Origin: a virus
Strand: one strand, 5' to 3'
IMG/VR virus record: IMGVR_UViG_3300025289_000026
Location: 14,503 to 78,502 of that record
DNA length: 64,000 bases
Numbering within the stretch: position 1 is the stretch's first letter; each line of letters begins with the position of its first letter. Shown piece by piece: positions 1 to 9,104 of this stretch. Under the pieces are notes generated by a model, which searched no databases, was not told the origin of the DNA, and saw only the letters and a list, made by a program, of their open reading frames with translations. Made by a program: the position numbers and the translations under genes.

Positions 1-216
1 GGAGTCGATATCGTGGCCGCGAGTTTCTTGAGTTCGTTTTACCCCAACGGAACTGCCGTCGGGGTCTACGAACTCCATGATTTCGTTCCGCCCGACAAGG
101 CCAAGCTGCTGCCCGCGGGAATATACTTGCGGACGATCTACACGCCGGTGGCGGCACTGCCCAACGATGTCGTGGTCAAGGCGTTGGTCACGGCGTTCAA
201 AGACCCGTTGGTGTAG
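1..216 (+). CDS. Hypothetical protein, 5'-truncated by the window edge
   Basis: Frame open from base 1 to TAG at 214-216, GC3-rich codons. Confidence 0.65.
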   Translation, partial: GVDIVAASFLSSFYPNGTAVGVYELHDFVPPDKAKLLPAGIYLRTIYTPVAALPNDVVVKALVTAFKDPLV

Positions 217-294
217 GGTGGCCGGGGGGGCGTTGTCTGGCTTTGGGTACCTGTGGGGTATTGCCGTCAGAAATATCGGGTATAGGGTTTGCAC

Positions 295-510
295 ATGGGT
301 ATAGAGGAAGACATCGAGAATGTGAAAGAGTCGGATACAGAGTTCAAGCTGTACACGAATGGAACCCAGGAACACACCGTGATGCTGTGGCACAAAAGGA
401 TTGTCGGGCACCTTAAACATATGTTTTTCCGTAAAGGAGCGGGTACAAAAACAGTGGACTTCGTCGTGGAGATCGAGGTAGACGACGACGAGCTAGGAAA
501 CGGGAAATAG
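295..510 (+). CDS. Small acidic hypothetical protein
   Basis: ATG at 295 within ORF 289..510; TAGGGT hexamer ends 6 nt upstream. Confidence 0.6.
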   Translation: MGIEEDIENVKESDTEFKLYTNGTQEHTVMLWHKRIVGHLKHMFFRKGAGTKTVDFVVEIEVDDDELGNGK

Positions 511-526
511 TCTCAAAGGAAATCTT

Positions 527-922
527 GTGGAACTTTTTTCAAACCCCACCGGTGCCCTCCGGCAGGTATCGAAGATCGTGCTGATCGCCACGGGGGTCTT
601 CTGGGGGCTATATGACGTCATCCCGATGCTCAACCAGGGGCGGGGTGATACGTTGTCGGAAAACCTTCGTGACTGGAGCCGCAGGGCCTGGGTGTTGCCG
701 TGGTTCTGGGGGGCGCTGAGTGCTCATCTGTTTCTCAACACCGGGCAACCCCAAGACTACCGGCAACGGTTCCTCATCGCCGCCGGGGTGTTGGCGGCGT
801 TGATCGTGGCGAATGTCGTGACTTGGTACGGCCTGCGTTGGGAAGCCGGGGTCGGCTGGAGGACAGGGTTGTTTTTCCTCGGGATCGCCGCAGGGTTGCT
901 CCTGTGGAGTCAGAACCAGTAG
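527..922 (+). CDS. Membrane protein (about 4 TM segments), possibly lysis-related
   Basis: AAGGA SD before GTG; four hydrophobic stretches. Confidence 0.7.
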   Translation: MELFSNPTGALRQVSKIVLIATGVFWGLYDVIPMLNQGRGDTLSENLRDWSRRAWVLPWFWGALSAHLFLNTGQPQDYRQRFLIAAGVLAALIVANVVTWYGLRWEAGVGWRTGLFFLGIAAGLLLWSQNQ

Positions 923-964
923 ACTAAAGAGGAACCACCAAGGCAATGCACCAAGGGATACCAG

Positions 965-1198
965 ATGGACAAATTGATCGAAGTCCTGATCGCCAACGGC
1001 CCCATGGGGTTGGTCGCCGGGGTCATGTTCTACCTCCTGATGGTGGAGAAGAAGGAGCACAGGGAAACCCGCGTGACTTTGGCAGACATTTATAGCAAAT
1101 ACGAAGTCGTGGCCGACAGGTCTATCGAGGCGATGTCCAGGGTCACGACCCTGATTGGCGAGCGTCTTCCCAACCGTAACCAAACCCAAGGGGGCTGA
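965..1198 (+). CDS. Small membrane protein with one N-terminal TM and a helical tail; holin-like (BhlA-type architecture)
   Basis: GPMGLVAGVMFYLLM TM followed by a charged amphipathic segment. Confidence 0.55.
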   Translation: MDKLIEVLIANGPMGLVAGVMFYLLMVEKKEHRETRVTLADIYSKYEVVADRSIEAMSRVTTLIGERLPNRNQTQGG

Positions 1199-1199
1199 C

Positions 1200-1472
1200 A
1201 TGTCGGCGCATCCACAGGTCTATGCAACCAAGGGTCTGGATATGCAGGAGTTCGTCCGGCGGGCCGCCGATACCCACGCGAGGCTCCTGGAGACAGCGGA
1301 CCACCTGGCCGCCGTGATCGATGACGCCAAAGCCATGATGCCGGCCTCGGGCGTCCTGGGGGTCGTGCTGCAGTGCCGGGGATGTGGTGAGCAGTACCTC
1401 GAGCGCCGTCGCCCCGATGCCACCGAATACGGGTGTTGTTCATCCCGGTGTTACCGCGGTGCGGATTCCTGA
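1200..1472 (+). CDS. Small protein with a C-terminal Cys cluster (CRGC...CCSSRC)
   Basis: ATG 1 nt after the upstream stop; zinc-finger-like Cys pattern. Confidence 0.6.
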   Translation: MSAHPQVYATKGLDMQEFVRRAADTHARLLETADHLAAVIDDAKAMMPASGVLGVVLQCRGCGEQYLERRRPDATEYGCCSSRCYRGADS

Positions 1473-1550
1473 CCTCTGGATCGACGGGATCGCCGAGGCC
1501 ATCAAGGCGTTCAAGCGGTTGCTTCGTTTGATCCGTAGGATCTTGGGTCG

Positions 1551-2228
1551 TTAGTTCGTCCCACCGGACAGACGCGAACGAATCGCATTGCCTGCCCCTT
1601 GGGCAAATCCACCACCTAGAGCACCTTTCTGCGTGAAGGGTTTGGACACCGGCATGCTCCCGGGGGTCGTGGGGGGTTTGACAGGCGGGCGAGTCGATGG
1701 CCCAAAGATTCGATTCATCATCGGGGTGCTGGAGAGCTGGCCCCCGGGTGTTAAGCCCGAGGGCCCAAACGCCATCTTGGCCAACGGGATCTTTGGGGTC
1801 GTGAGCCCAATGGCCTGGGGCTTCACCCCGGGCTTACCTGGGGGCTTGAGCTTGGAGACCGTGCGCCCTGGGGTCAGTTTACCGGACGACGGCTTGAGTT
1901 CTTCACGCTCGACCGTTCGGTTTCGAATCATTTCCAAAAGCCCATTGTTCCGATGGATTGCGTCCGCGGCCCCGAGGCGGCTCTGGAGCGCCGGGATCCC
2001 AGAGTCTAGGTAGGCGGTCTTGCCCTGGAGGGCCAAGGATATCTTGCCCACCGGGGTCCCCCGGAGAGCGGTGGTGTTAAGTTTCCGCTGCCTCATCTTC
2101 TCGACGTACTGCCGAAGGGTCTCGGGTTGTGCGAGGAATTTTTTTGCCTCTTGGCCAATCGTCAGGACGCGGGCTGGCTTGAGGGTTGCGAACCCGGGCC
2201 CAAGGCCCGCGAGCTTGAATTTCACCAT
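1551..2228 (-). CDS. Basic, Pro/Gly-rich hypothetical protein with K-x-A motifs (possible internal virion protein)
   Basis: 225-aa ORF filling the gap between + genes; TGcTAAGCT extended -10 just upstream of the ATG. Confidence 0.6.
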   Translation of the reverse strand: MVKFKLAGLGPGFATLKPARVLTIGQEAKKFLAQPETLRQYVEKMRQRKLNTTALRGTPVGKISLALQGKTAYLDSGIPALQSRLGAADAIHRNNGLLEMIRNRTVEREELKPSSGKLTPGRTVSKLKPPGKPGVKPQAIGLTTPKIPLAKMAFGPSGLTPGGQLSSTPMMNRIFGPSTRPPVKPPTTPGSMPVSKPFTQKGALGGGFAQGAGNAIRSRLSGGTN

Positions 2229-2233
2229 ACCTA

Positions 2234-2283
2234 AGCTTAGCAGGTTTGCACGCTACCGGAAAGCTCTGGTTTCCTGTTATAGT
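2234..2283. promoter_or_regulatory. Candidate divergent extended -10 promoters
   Basis: TGcTAAGCT on - strand (2234-2242) and TGtTATAGT on + strand (2275-2283), between divergent genes. Confidence 0.45.
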
Positions 2284-2325
2284 GTTGAGGTCGTAACAAA
2301 ACCCCCTTTTTATCTGGAGGTGTCG

Positions 2326-2715
2326 ATGGATCCCGTGACTGCCGTGACGTTGAATGACACATCCGCTCTCTTGGGCCTCGTCCAAGGGTTCGCGAGTGCG
2401 GCTGAGAAAGGAAATTACTGGTGGGTCTCGGCCACCGTGGTGTACCTGCTGGTCGAGGTCCTGCGGGGCAAGATCCCGGGGACCAACAAGCCTTTGCCCT
2501 TTATCCCCGTGGTGTTGGCGCCTCATCTGTCGGGCAACGCGATCAAGATGGTGGTCCTGGTGGCCAACATCCTGATGGCGGGGATATACCTGTTGGCTGG
2601 AGTCCCGGTGGACAACGCGGTCGCCAGCGCGGCGACCGGATGGTTAGCTTCCATGGGGATCCACGATGCCGTTGGGCTCAAGAGCCTGGTGTTCAAACCT
2701 TCGAGCAAGGTCTAG
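2326..2715 (+). CDS. Holin-like membrane protein (about 3 TM segments, basic C-terminus)
   Basis: Strong SD GGAGGTG at 2316-2322, ATG at 2326; hydrophobic helices; ends KSLVFKPSSKV. Confidence 0.65.
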   Translation: MDPVTAVTLNDTSALLGLVQGFASAAEKGNYWWVSATVVYLLVEVLRGKIPGTNKPLPFIPVVLAPHLSGNAIKMVVLVANILMAGIYLLAGVPVDNAVASAATGWLASMGIHDAVGLKSLVFKPSSKV

Positions 2716-2725
2716 CTGACGGTTC

Positions 2726-3703
2726 ATGGCGCTCCCGATTGCCAAGATCACGTTGGAGAATGGAGCTACCCCGAGGGGCTTGTTCCTTACTCGCCAGGAC
2801 CTCCGGGCCGTCTCGTCCCATGGGGATGGTGACGTTGCCCAACTCCACGACTTCCGCCGTGTCTATAGCTTTGACCCTGGGTCCATGGCGGTTGACGACG
2901 GGCTCGATCCCAATGTTGTGAAGCCGGACGACATCCTGGTGTCTAACCCTGGCCGTTGGTTAAGTGGTGACATATCCATCGACCTGACGCTCGAGGGCAC
3001 GACCTCGGCGCCGAGCGATCAAGGTTCTTCTATCACGTCGTACGCTTGGTTCCTGGTGTTCGAGCCGAGCGAAGGCAGCCCCCCGGCAGCCGCCCTGGTG
3101 GCCGGGGGTGCCACCGCTGTCCTCACGATTCCCCTGGGGGCCGGGTGGAACCCCGGGGGTATCCTGGTGTTCCTCCGGGTCACGGATAACGCGGGCCAGA
3201 CGAGCATCGGGAACCCCTATGCCCCGGCGCTCAACCCGGATGCCCTGTTCCAATACATCCTGGGGACCGAGGAACTGGGGTTCGAGATCCCGGCCGCTGG
3301 GTCTCGTAACTGGCACCGCCACTACCAGAGGGCCTTCATCCTGCTGGATGCCAAGATCAAGGAGGTGGCCGAGACGATCCCGGGGGCCAACTTCCCGGTC
3401 AAGGAGGACAAGGGCAAGAACCCCACCAACACCACGACGATGGACCAAGAGGCCGTGGCCAATGTATTCATCACCAAGACGCCGGCCGGCGATGGCGTCG
3501 TGGCCGTCTACGTCGGGGGCCTGCGGGTCCAGGTGGGCAACGGGGTCAAGACCGAGGATTGCTACTTCAGCCCCGATGGCGGCACCACGGCCCGGCTATT
3601 CGCCGACATCCAGGCAGGGGATCAGCTAATATGGAACACCGTGATCGCTGGCTACGGAGTGTCGCCCAGCGATGACATTGATTTCGACTACGACGCTGCC
3701 TAA
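2726..3703 (+). CDS. Putative virion structural protein with a PKD/Ig-like segment
   Basis: GSSITSYAWF and LRVTDNAGQTS resemble PKD repeats; acidic, beta-rich. Confidence 0.6.
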   Translation: MALPIAKITLENGATPRGLFLTRQDLRAVSSHGDGDVAQLHDFRRVYSFDPGSMAVDDGLDPNVVKPDDILVSNPGRWLSGDISIDLTLEGTTSAPSDQGSSITSYAWFLVFEPSEGSPPAAALVAGGATAVLTIPLGAGWNPGGILVFLRVTDNAGQTSIGNPYAPALNPDALFQYILGTEELGFEIPAAGSRNWHRHYQRAFILLDAKIKEVAETIPGANFPVKEDKGKNPTNTTTMDQEAVANVFITKTPAGDGVVAVYVGGLRVQVGNGVKTEDCYFSPDGGTTARLFADIQAGDQLIWNTVIAGYGVSPSDDIDFDYDAA

Positions 3704-3707
3704 CCGT

Positions 3708-6068
3708 ATGATCAACGCCAAACAGATTCGAAACCTTACTCCCTTGGCCACCAAGGCGGTCTTTTCATCCGACTTCCTAAGGGATGCCGAAGGATGGACC
3801 GACGTGAGTCCCAATGCAACGTCTGCCTGGGTGTCACCCCAGGTCGTCAGGGTCACGCAGATCAGTGGGTTCGGGCCCACTGACCCGCCGGTCACGGTGG
3901 CCAACGTCTTGCCCGTCCAGATGGGATCTTTTGTGACGTATGGACGCCTTGGGCTTGAGGCCACCGGTACTCTGAATCAGGGATTTGGTGCCGCGGCATC
4001 TGGAGGCGACCAGATGGTCATGGGGTTTCTGGTGGATGGATCCCTAGCGGGTGGAGGGCCCACAGCCTTGATAGTATTGATAGCAATTCATGACGGTGCT
4101 GGAGACGCCGACATGTTCTTCCTTGGTGGATCGATTAGTGGCGGACCTATAGTGTTTGTCCCCCTCGGGGTAAAGCTTTCGGTGGTTACGGGTCGTCAGG
4201 TTGTCCGGATGGATGTCCTCAGAAAATCCGCTGGTGTCGCGGATGTCGTGTTTTCGTGGAACGGCGATACCGTTGGGATTCTTGACAATCTTTTGATTGC
4301 GGAGTTTGGATGGGATGTCGGGATGCTGGCGGCGCTGGCGTCGTTTTCCCAGGTGGCCGCTGTGCCGCTGGATTTTCATCGATTCAACGGTACCCGGGAA
4401 GCCGGGTTCATCGGTGCTCAAGTGCCTGATGTAGTCTTTACCCCAATAGTGGCAGAGTACACCTTTCAAGACGCCGATAGCTACCCCACGATGGCATTTT
4501 CGCCAACCGAGGGGGGTGCAACTGTAGAGGCTCCAAACAAGATCTCCGATGGTGGCGGTAATTTCGTGGCCTCGAGTGTAGAGCCAGGGGACAAGGTTGC
4601 ACTTAATGGTGGGCCGTTTCCCGGAGTTTATGAAATCGCTACCGTCGCCCCAACCCAACTGACCGTAGTGGGAACACCCTTTGGATACGATGCTCCCCCG
4701 GGTCCTCCAGGTCAAGGCGGGCTGTGGGGACTCATCACGACGGCCGAGGTGCAGGTCGGTACCGCTACCGTCAACGATCCCGGGGCAGATTTTTCGATGG
4801 TGCAGCCCGGCGATTTCTTCATCGTCACGGGCCCAACGGGAGACCTTGTTGGAGTCTACACGGTCGACACCGTGGGCAGCGGGACGCTGGATGTCGTTGG
4901 AACGACGTGGCCCGCGACGACACGGGTTGAGTACGTCGTCGTGGATCAAAACGACAATATTTTTGACGGTCAAGGTTGGCAATCCGACGGCGTCGATAAC
5001 ATCCAGGCCGTGTATGACCACGGCATGACGGTATTTTTGAAGCCATCGGGAGCCGGAGCCGGGCCCCGGGTTATATCGGAGATTCTCTCGACACTTCTGT
5101 CGTTCCATCTTGGCCAGGCCTTTGGTTATGCCGTTGAATGCACCCTGACGATCCCCGGGCTGCCGTCGACGGGTTCCAACATAATGGAATTCGCCTTTGG
5201 TGTCTACCCGGGTTTAGTCGAAGCTCTACTGGCCGGTGTTTTGGTCGATTCTTCAGGTGTGTACGCAATAGCGTCGACGTCACCGTCGCCGGATGTCAGG
5301 GGTTCACTGCAGCCCGGTGTTTTTGGTCCGATAGCGTTGGCACCGACGAGCGGCCAGGGTCACGTCAAGATAAGATTTCGAGCGGAGATTTTTCATGTCG
5401 GTCAATCCAAAAAAGAGATGTTCCTCCGCGTGTACTTCGACGACACCCTGGTGGCGGCGTCGTCAGTGTCTAAGGAATCTCTTTGCGATGGGTCTTTTGG
5501 TGACGGCGAGCTTCGAGAGTTCTTGATGGCGATTGTCCTCAGCAGTACGTCGTCGAATATAGCGGCGTGGCGGTTTGAGAATATTAGGACGAGCAAACTC
5601 ACCAGCCAGGAAGCCCTGGTACCGCGGATCATTCGAGGAGATCCTCGCAACGCCTATGGTTCTTCGGTGGCCGTGACTGGTCTCACGGGTGTCTATCCTC
5701 AGGAGATGACGGGATTTCCAGGTGAGGAGCTAATCGACGTGACGGACGTCAGTCCTGGGACTAAATACCGGTGGTACGGAAATCCGTCGAAGTACCTCGA
5801 CAACCCCGGGCACATCAAAGTCGTAGACAACGACGGCCAGACGACAATCGGCACCGGTACTTTTGACGGCGTCGGTACGCCGTTCTCCCGTACGGAGATC
5901 GGCGACATACTGTGGATTTTCGAAGGGCCCGACATGGGTGAGTACGTCGTGACGGCAGTAGACCCGGGGTTCGCCCAGATCACCGTGGCCGCTGTCTTTG
6001 TAGCCACGACCTTAAGTCTGGACTACGCCGTGTACAAAACCCGTCCCGGCGAATGGGTGGTGGTATGA
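3708..6068 (+). CDS. Putative tail/virion accessory protein with three copies of the VxPGD module
   Basis: ATG 3708 (MINAKQIRN) 4 nt after the upstream stop; acidic Gly/Val/Thr-rich. Confidence 0.7.
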   Translation: MINAKQIRNLTPLATKAVFSSDFLRDAEGWTDVSPNATSAWVSPQVVRVTQISGFGPTDPPVTVANVLPVQMGSFVTYGRLGLEATGTLNQGFGAAASGGDQMVMGFLVDGSLAGGGPTALIVLIAIHDGAGDADMFFLGGSISGGPIVFVPLGVKLSVVTGRQVVRMDVLRKSAGVADVVFSWNGDTVGILDNLLIAEFGWDVGMLAALASFSQVAAVPLDFHRFNGTREAGFIGAQVPDVVFTPIVAEYTFQDADSYPTMAFSPTEGGATVEAPNKISDGGGNFVASSVEPGDKVALNGGPFPGVYEIATVAPTQLTVVGTPFGYDAPPGPPGQGGLWGLITTAEVQVGTATVNDPGADFSMVQPGDFFIVTGPTGDLVGVYTVDTVGSGTLDVVGTTWPATTRVEYVVVDQNDNIFDGQGWQSDGVDNIQAVYDHGMTVFLKPSGAGAGPRVISEILSTLLSFHLGQAFGYAVECTLTIPGLPSTGSNIMEFAFGVYPGLVEALLAGVLVDSSGVYAIASTSPSPDVRGSLQPGVFGPIALAPTSGQGHVKIRFRAEIFHVGQSKKEMFLRVYFDDTLVAASSVSKESLCDGSFGDGELREFLMAIVLSSTSSNIAAWRFENIRTSKLTSQEALVPRIIRGDPRNAYGSSVAVTGLTGVYPQEMTGFPGEELIDVTDVSPGTKYRWYGNPSKYLDNPGHIKVVDNDGQTTIGTGTFDGVGTPFSRTEIGDILWIFEGPDMGEYVVTAVDPGFAQITVAAVFVATTLSLDYAVYKTRPGEWVVV

Positions 6069-6340
6069 AAAAACGCTACATCGTGACGGGTCAGGTCGCT
6101 ACCCCGACGGATGTCACGAGCCTACGGGACTGGCTCGTGGCACAGGCAGGCCCTGAGTTTGAATCCATTGAGGTCATCAGGATCCCCACGGCCAGTTGGC
6201 GCCGCATTACCCTTGGGCTAACTCGAGCGGTAAAACCAGAGGGTTCTATCCTTGTCAACTGTGGCCCCACTGCCCAGGCCATAGAGGCTAGACCCGAGTT
6301 TATCAAAAAGCCAACGATCACGATTGTCCTGAGGGCATAA
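6065..6340 (+). CDS. Hypothetical protein
   Basis: ATGA overlap with the upstream gene; abuts the next gene. Confidence 0.7.
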   Translation: MKKRYIVTGQVATPTDVTSLRDWLVAQAGPEFESIEVIRIPTASWRRITLGLTRAVKPEGSILVNCGPTAQAIEARPEFIKKPTITIVLRA

Positions 6341-7519
6341 ATGTCGACCATCGGGCAGCCCGTTGAACTCTCGTTCGAGATTCTCCACGACGCCACCGGG
6401 GCCCAGATCCTGGCGCCCACGGGGTTGAGGCTTTACCTGGTGAAACCCGGGACTCAGGTGCTCGAATATATCCCGGGCCAAGTGTTTGAACCCGTGGGTG
6501 GTGGGGTCATCAAGACTACGATCCCGGGGGGTGAGATCAACGTCATGGGGCTCTACGGGGCCGTCGTGACGGCGGATAACGGTAGTTCTCGGGATATTGA
6601 ATTGTTCGTTGCCCAGGGGGTACGGGCCAATGCCGAGATCTTGTTGCCTTTCGCAGCTCGGCGCGAAGATGGATCCGCCAAGACCAATCTCACGAGTTCC
6701 GCAGTATCGCTGTCTTTCCATCTCACCACCCAGGTGACCCGGACGGTCGATCCATTGGATTTTGTCCATCTGTTCGACAGCTTCGCGGCCCCGACGGCAT
6801 TCTACATGGTCCGGATCCTGGCGACCGAGTTGACCGGAGCGGGAACCCTGGCCTACGGGGTCGACGGGACTGACATGGAAGTATGGCGGCACGATCTTGT
6901 GATCCAAGATCAGCCATATGTGGATTTCACCATCAAGACGAACCCGTGGCTCGACAACGTGTCGGTTGAACTTTACCTGGACGACATCCTTGTGTTCCAG
7001 GGGATTACGGATCTGTTGGGCAACCTGGCGGCCCGGGCGCCGATCGGTACCCTGGAGGCCAGGATATCGAAGCTGGGGCTAGTCTTCAGCACCAACAATT
7101 TTGTTGTCGAGCTGACCGAGGACACGGTATCGGTCGAGATCTCGACTGCCCATCGGGTTGAACAGACGGAACCCCCGGGATTCTGCAGGATTGATTTTCA
7201 GTTGCTCCAGGCCAATGGAACCCCACTGGCTGGCAAGAAGATTTTCTTTACCCCGATCCTGGGTCTCACGGGCACGGGCGCCGGGGTGGTGAAACAACCG
7301 TTTGAAATCACCCTCGATCCCCAGGGCCGGGGGGTCATGTTCTTGATCCCGGGGATCCGGTCGGTGGTGACGCTCGAGGGCACGAGGTTGTACGAAGAGT
7401 TTGAAGTTCCGGCGCAACCTCAGGCCGATTTGTTCGATTTGATTTCATTTGAAGACAAAGGATTCCAATCCTACGCGGCCAAGCTGCAGGATGGGATTCG
7501 GAGGAGCCTGTTGCCCTGA
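6341..7519 (+). CDS. Virion protein with carboxypeptidase-regulatory/prealbumin-like beta-sandwich domains
   Basis: GTPLAG and TLDPQGRG motifs; paralogous to the next gene. Confidence 0.6.
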   Translation: MSTIGQPVELSFEILHDATGAQILAPTGLRLYLVKPGTQVLEYIPGQVFEPVGGGVIKTTIPGGEINVMGLYGAVVTADNGSSRDIELFVAQGVRANAEILLPFAARREDGSAKTNLTSSAVSLSFHLTTQVTRTVDPLDFVHLFDSFAAPTAFYMVRILATELTGAGTLAYGVDGTDMEVWRHDLVIQDQPYVDFTIKTNPWLDNVSVELYLDDILVFQGITDLLGNLAARAPIGTLEARISKLGLVFSTNNFVVELTEDTVSVEISTAHRVEQTEPPGFCRIDFQLLQANGTPLAGKKIFFTPILGLTGTGAGVVKQPFEITLDPQGRGVMFLIPGIRSVVTLEGTRLYEEFEVPAQPQADLFDLISFEDKGFQSYAAKLQDGIRRSLLP

Positions 7520-8715
7520 TGGCCGCGTATGTAACCAAGGTATTTGTACAAGACCCCGGGGATGCCCCGGTCGTGGGGGCGTTGGTCGCGATCGTCTCGA
7601 TGGCCGACGGTACCGTGGTCATGGGGGTATCGGACGGTACTGGGAAGGTCGAGGTTCCGCTCGAGGAGGGATTCTACGTGGTATCGGCGTCAAAGAATCT
7701 GTACGTGTCACCCGCCTCCATGCAGATCGAGGTCGCGGCGCCCCCGAGTCCAACGGCCGCATTTTTCCGACCCCCCAACCAGGCCACCACGCAACAATAC
7801 AGTGGATTTCGTAAGAACGTGAAACTCGGGATCGATGGCGCGGCCCCCGTGTTGATCGACGTGACCGGCGGGGACAACCTGGTGGCAAGTTTTGTTGAAT
7901 TGGTATCCAATCTCAACACTGGGCTAGGCGCGGGGATCGCGTCGGTTATTTTGGATGAGATCAGGCTACTCTCCACGACCGTGGGGGCGTTGTCTGAAAT
8001 CTTGATTGTGAACGACGGCACCGTGCCGGACCCAGCGATGGATTTGGTCTGGGGGTTGGTTCTTGGGGATGGGGACATCTTGATCAATGGGCAGGATACC
8101 CCTGGGGACTTCAACGACTATGATGTTGAACTAACGCCATCCAGCGGGTTCACGAGTCTCGACCCAGAGCGGTGCGTCCTGTGGGGTGAGTTTTTTACCA
8201 ACCAGCCAAACGTGCCGTTGGCCGGGGCCACGCTTCAGTTCGAGGTCTTGGCCAGGCCTTCGGCCAACGACCAAGGTCTCGATGTAGCGGATTCCTTTTA
8301 TCGTCAGACCGATGTCAACGGAGTGGCGTCGTGCGAGTTGATGCGCGGGGTGCTGGTCAACATCTACCTGCCCTGGCTCGATGTGGTCAAGACCGTGGTG
8401 GTGCCGAATGCTCCGTCGGCCGACCTGGCCGCGTTGTTGACACCTTACGCCGTGTCTGCCGACATAACCCGTGGGGTCGCGTTCTCCATGGAGGTGGGGC
8501 AAGTGTTGAACCCGGGGGTCAAGGCCGTGTTTTCCGATAGCTCGGTCAAGACAATCCCAACGGTCACCTACACGTCGTTGAATAGCGCGGTCGTCACGGT
8601 GACGAACGGGAACCTCGTGGCCGTGGCGTCCGGAACCGCATTGGTGACTGGTTCGTTCCGCAATGCTCGTGGCCAACTCATCATTACCCCCCAGGCCACC
8701 GTCACGGTCCCATGA
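7519..8715 (+). CDS. Virion protein with prealbumin-like domains and a C-terminal Big_2-like Ig domain
   Basis: APVVGALV..SDGTGKV; C-terminal VTYTSLNSAVVTVTNGNLVAVASGTALVT. Confidence 0.7.
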   Translation: MAAYVTKVFVQDPGDAPVVGALVAIVSMADGTVVMGVSDGTGKVEVPLEEGFYVVSASKNLYVSPASMQIEVAAPPSPTAAFFRPPNQATTQQYSGFRKNVKLGIDGAAPVLIDVTGGDNLVASFVELVSNLNTGLGAGIASVILDEIRLLSTTVGALSEILIVNDGTVPDPAMDLVWGLVLGDGDILINGQDTPGDFNDYDVELTPSSGFTSLDPERCVLWGEFFTNQPNVPLAGATLQFEVLARPSANDQGLDVADSFYRQTDVNGVASCELMRGVLVNIYLPWLDVVKTVVVPNAPSADLAALLTPYAVSADITRGVAFSMEVGQVLNPGVKAVFSDSSVKTIPTVTYTSLNSAVVTVTNGNLVAVASGTALVTGSFRNARGQLIITPQATVTVP

Positions 8716-9104
8716 CAGCACTCCAGATAGCAATTGATTCAGGTGACTATGCCAACGAGTTTCACCTGCTTCCTGAACTCAGGAGTTTGATTCCCAAGCG
8801 CCTCGATGGATCTGAATCGTGTCGAAGATTCCTCTTGCGAGTGGTCACCAGGTCGATCATCGATGTATGCGTCTACCCTGAGGGAAACCCTAGCCATGAT
8901 TCAGCCCGCGATTGGCTTATGGGAAAAGACGACTCTGCTATGCCCTTTCGCGATCTTGTGCTGCTCTTGGATCTCGAGTGGATTGAGTGCCAGGTGATCG
9001 CGATCCTGAAGGGCAACACGGCGCATAAGAACAAGGTCATGGAAATGAAACGCTTGATCTATAGACTCGGGGAAGACGCCGTGGGGAGCGATGCCAGCGA
9101 ATGA
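8712..9104 (+). CDS. Hypothetical helical protein
   Basis: ATGA overlap with the upstream gene; 130 aa. Confidence 0.65.
   Translation: MTALQIAIDSGDYANEFHLLPELRSLIPKRLDGSESCRRFLLRVVTRSIIDVCVYPEGNPSHDSARDWLMGKDDSAMPFRDLVLLLDLEWIECQVIAILKGNTAHKNKVMEMKRLIYRLGEDAVGSDASE

Noticed and set aside
2020-2325. Extended N-termini given by the ORF track (2020; likewise 32993, 36163, 43073, 58953)
   Set aside because: Downstream ATGs with SD sites or stop/start overlaps fit better and avoid long overlaps with neighbouring genes.
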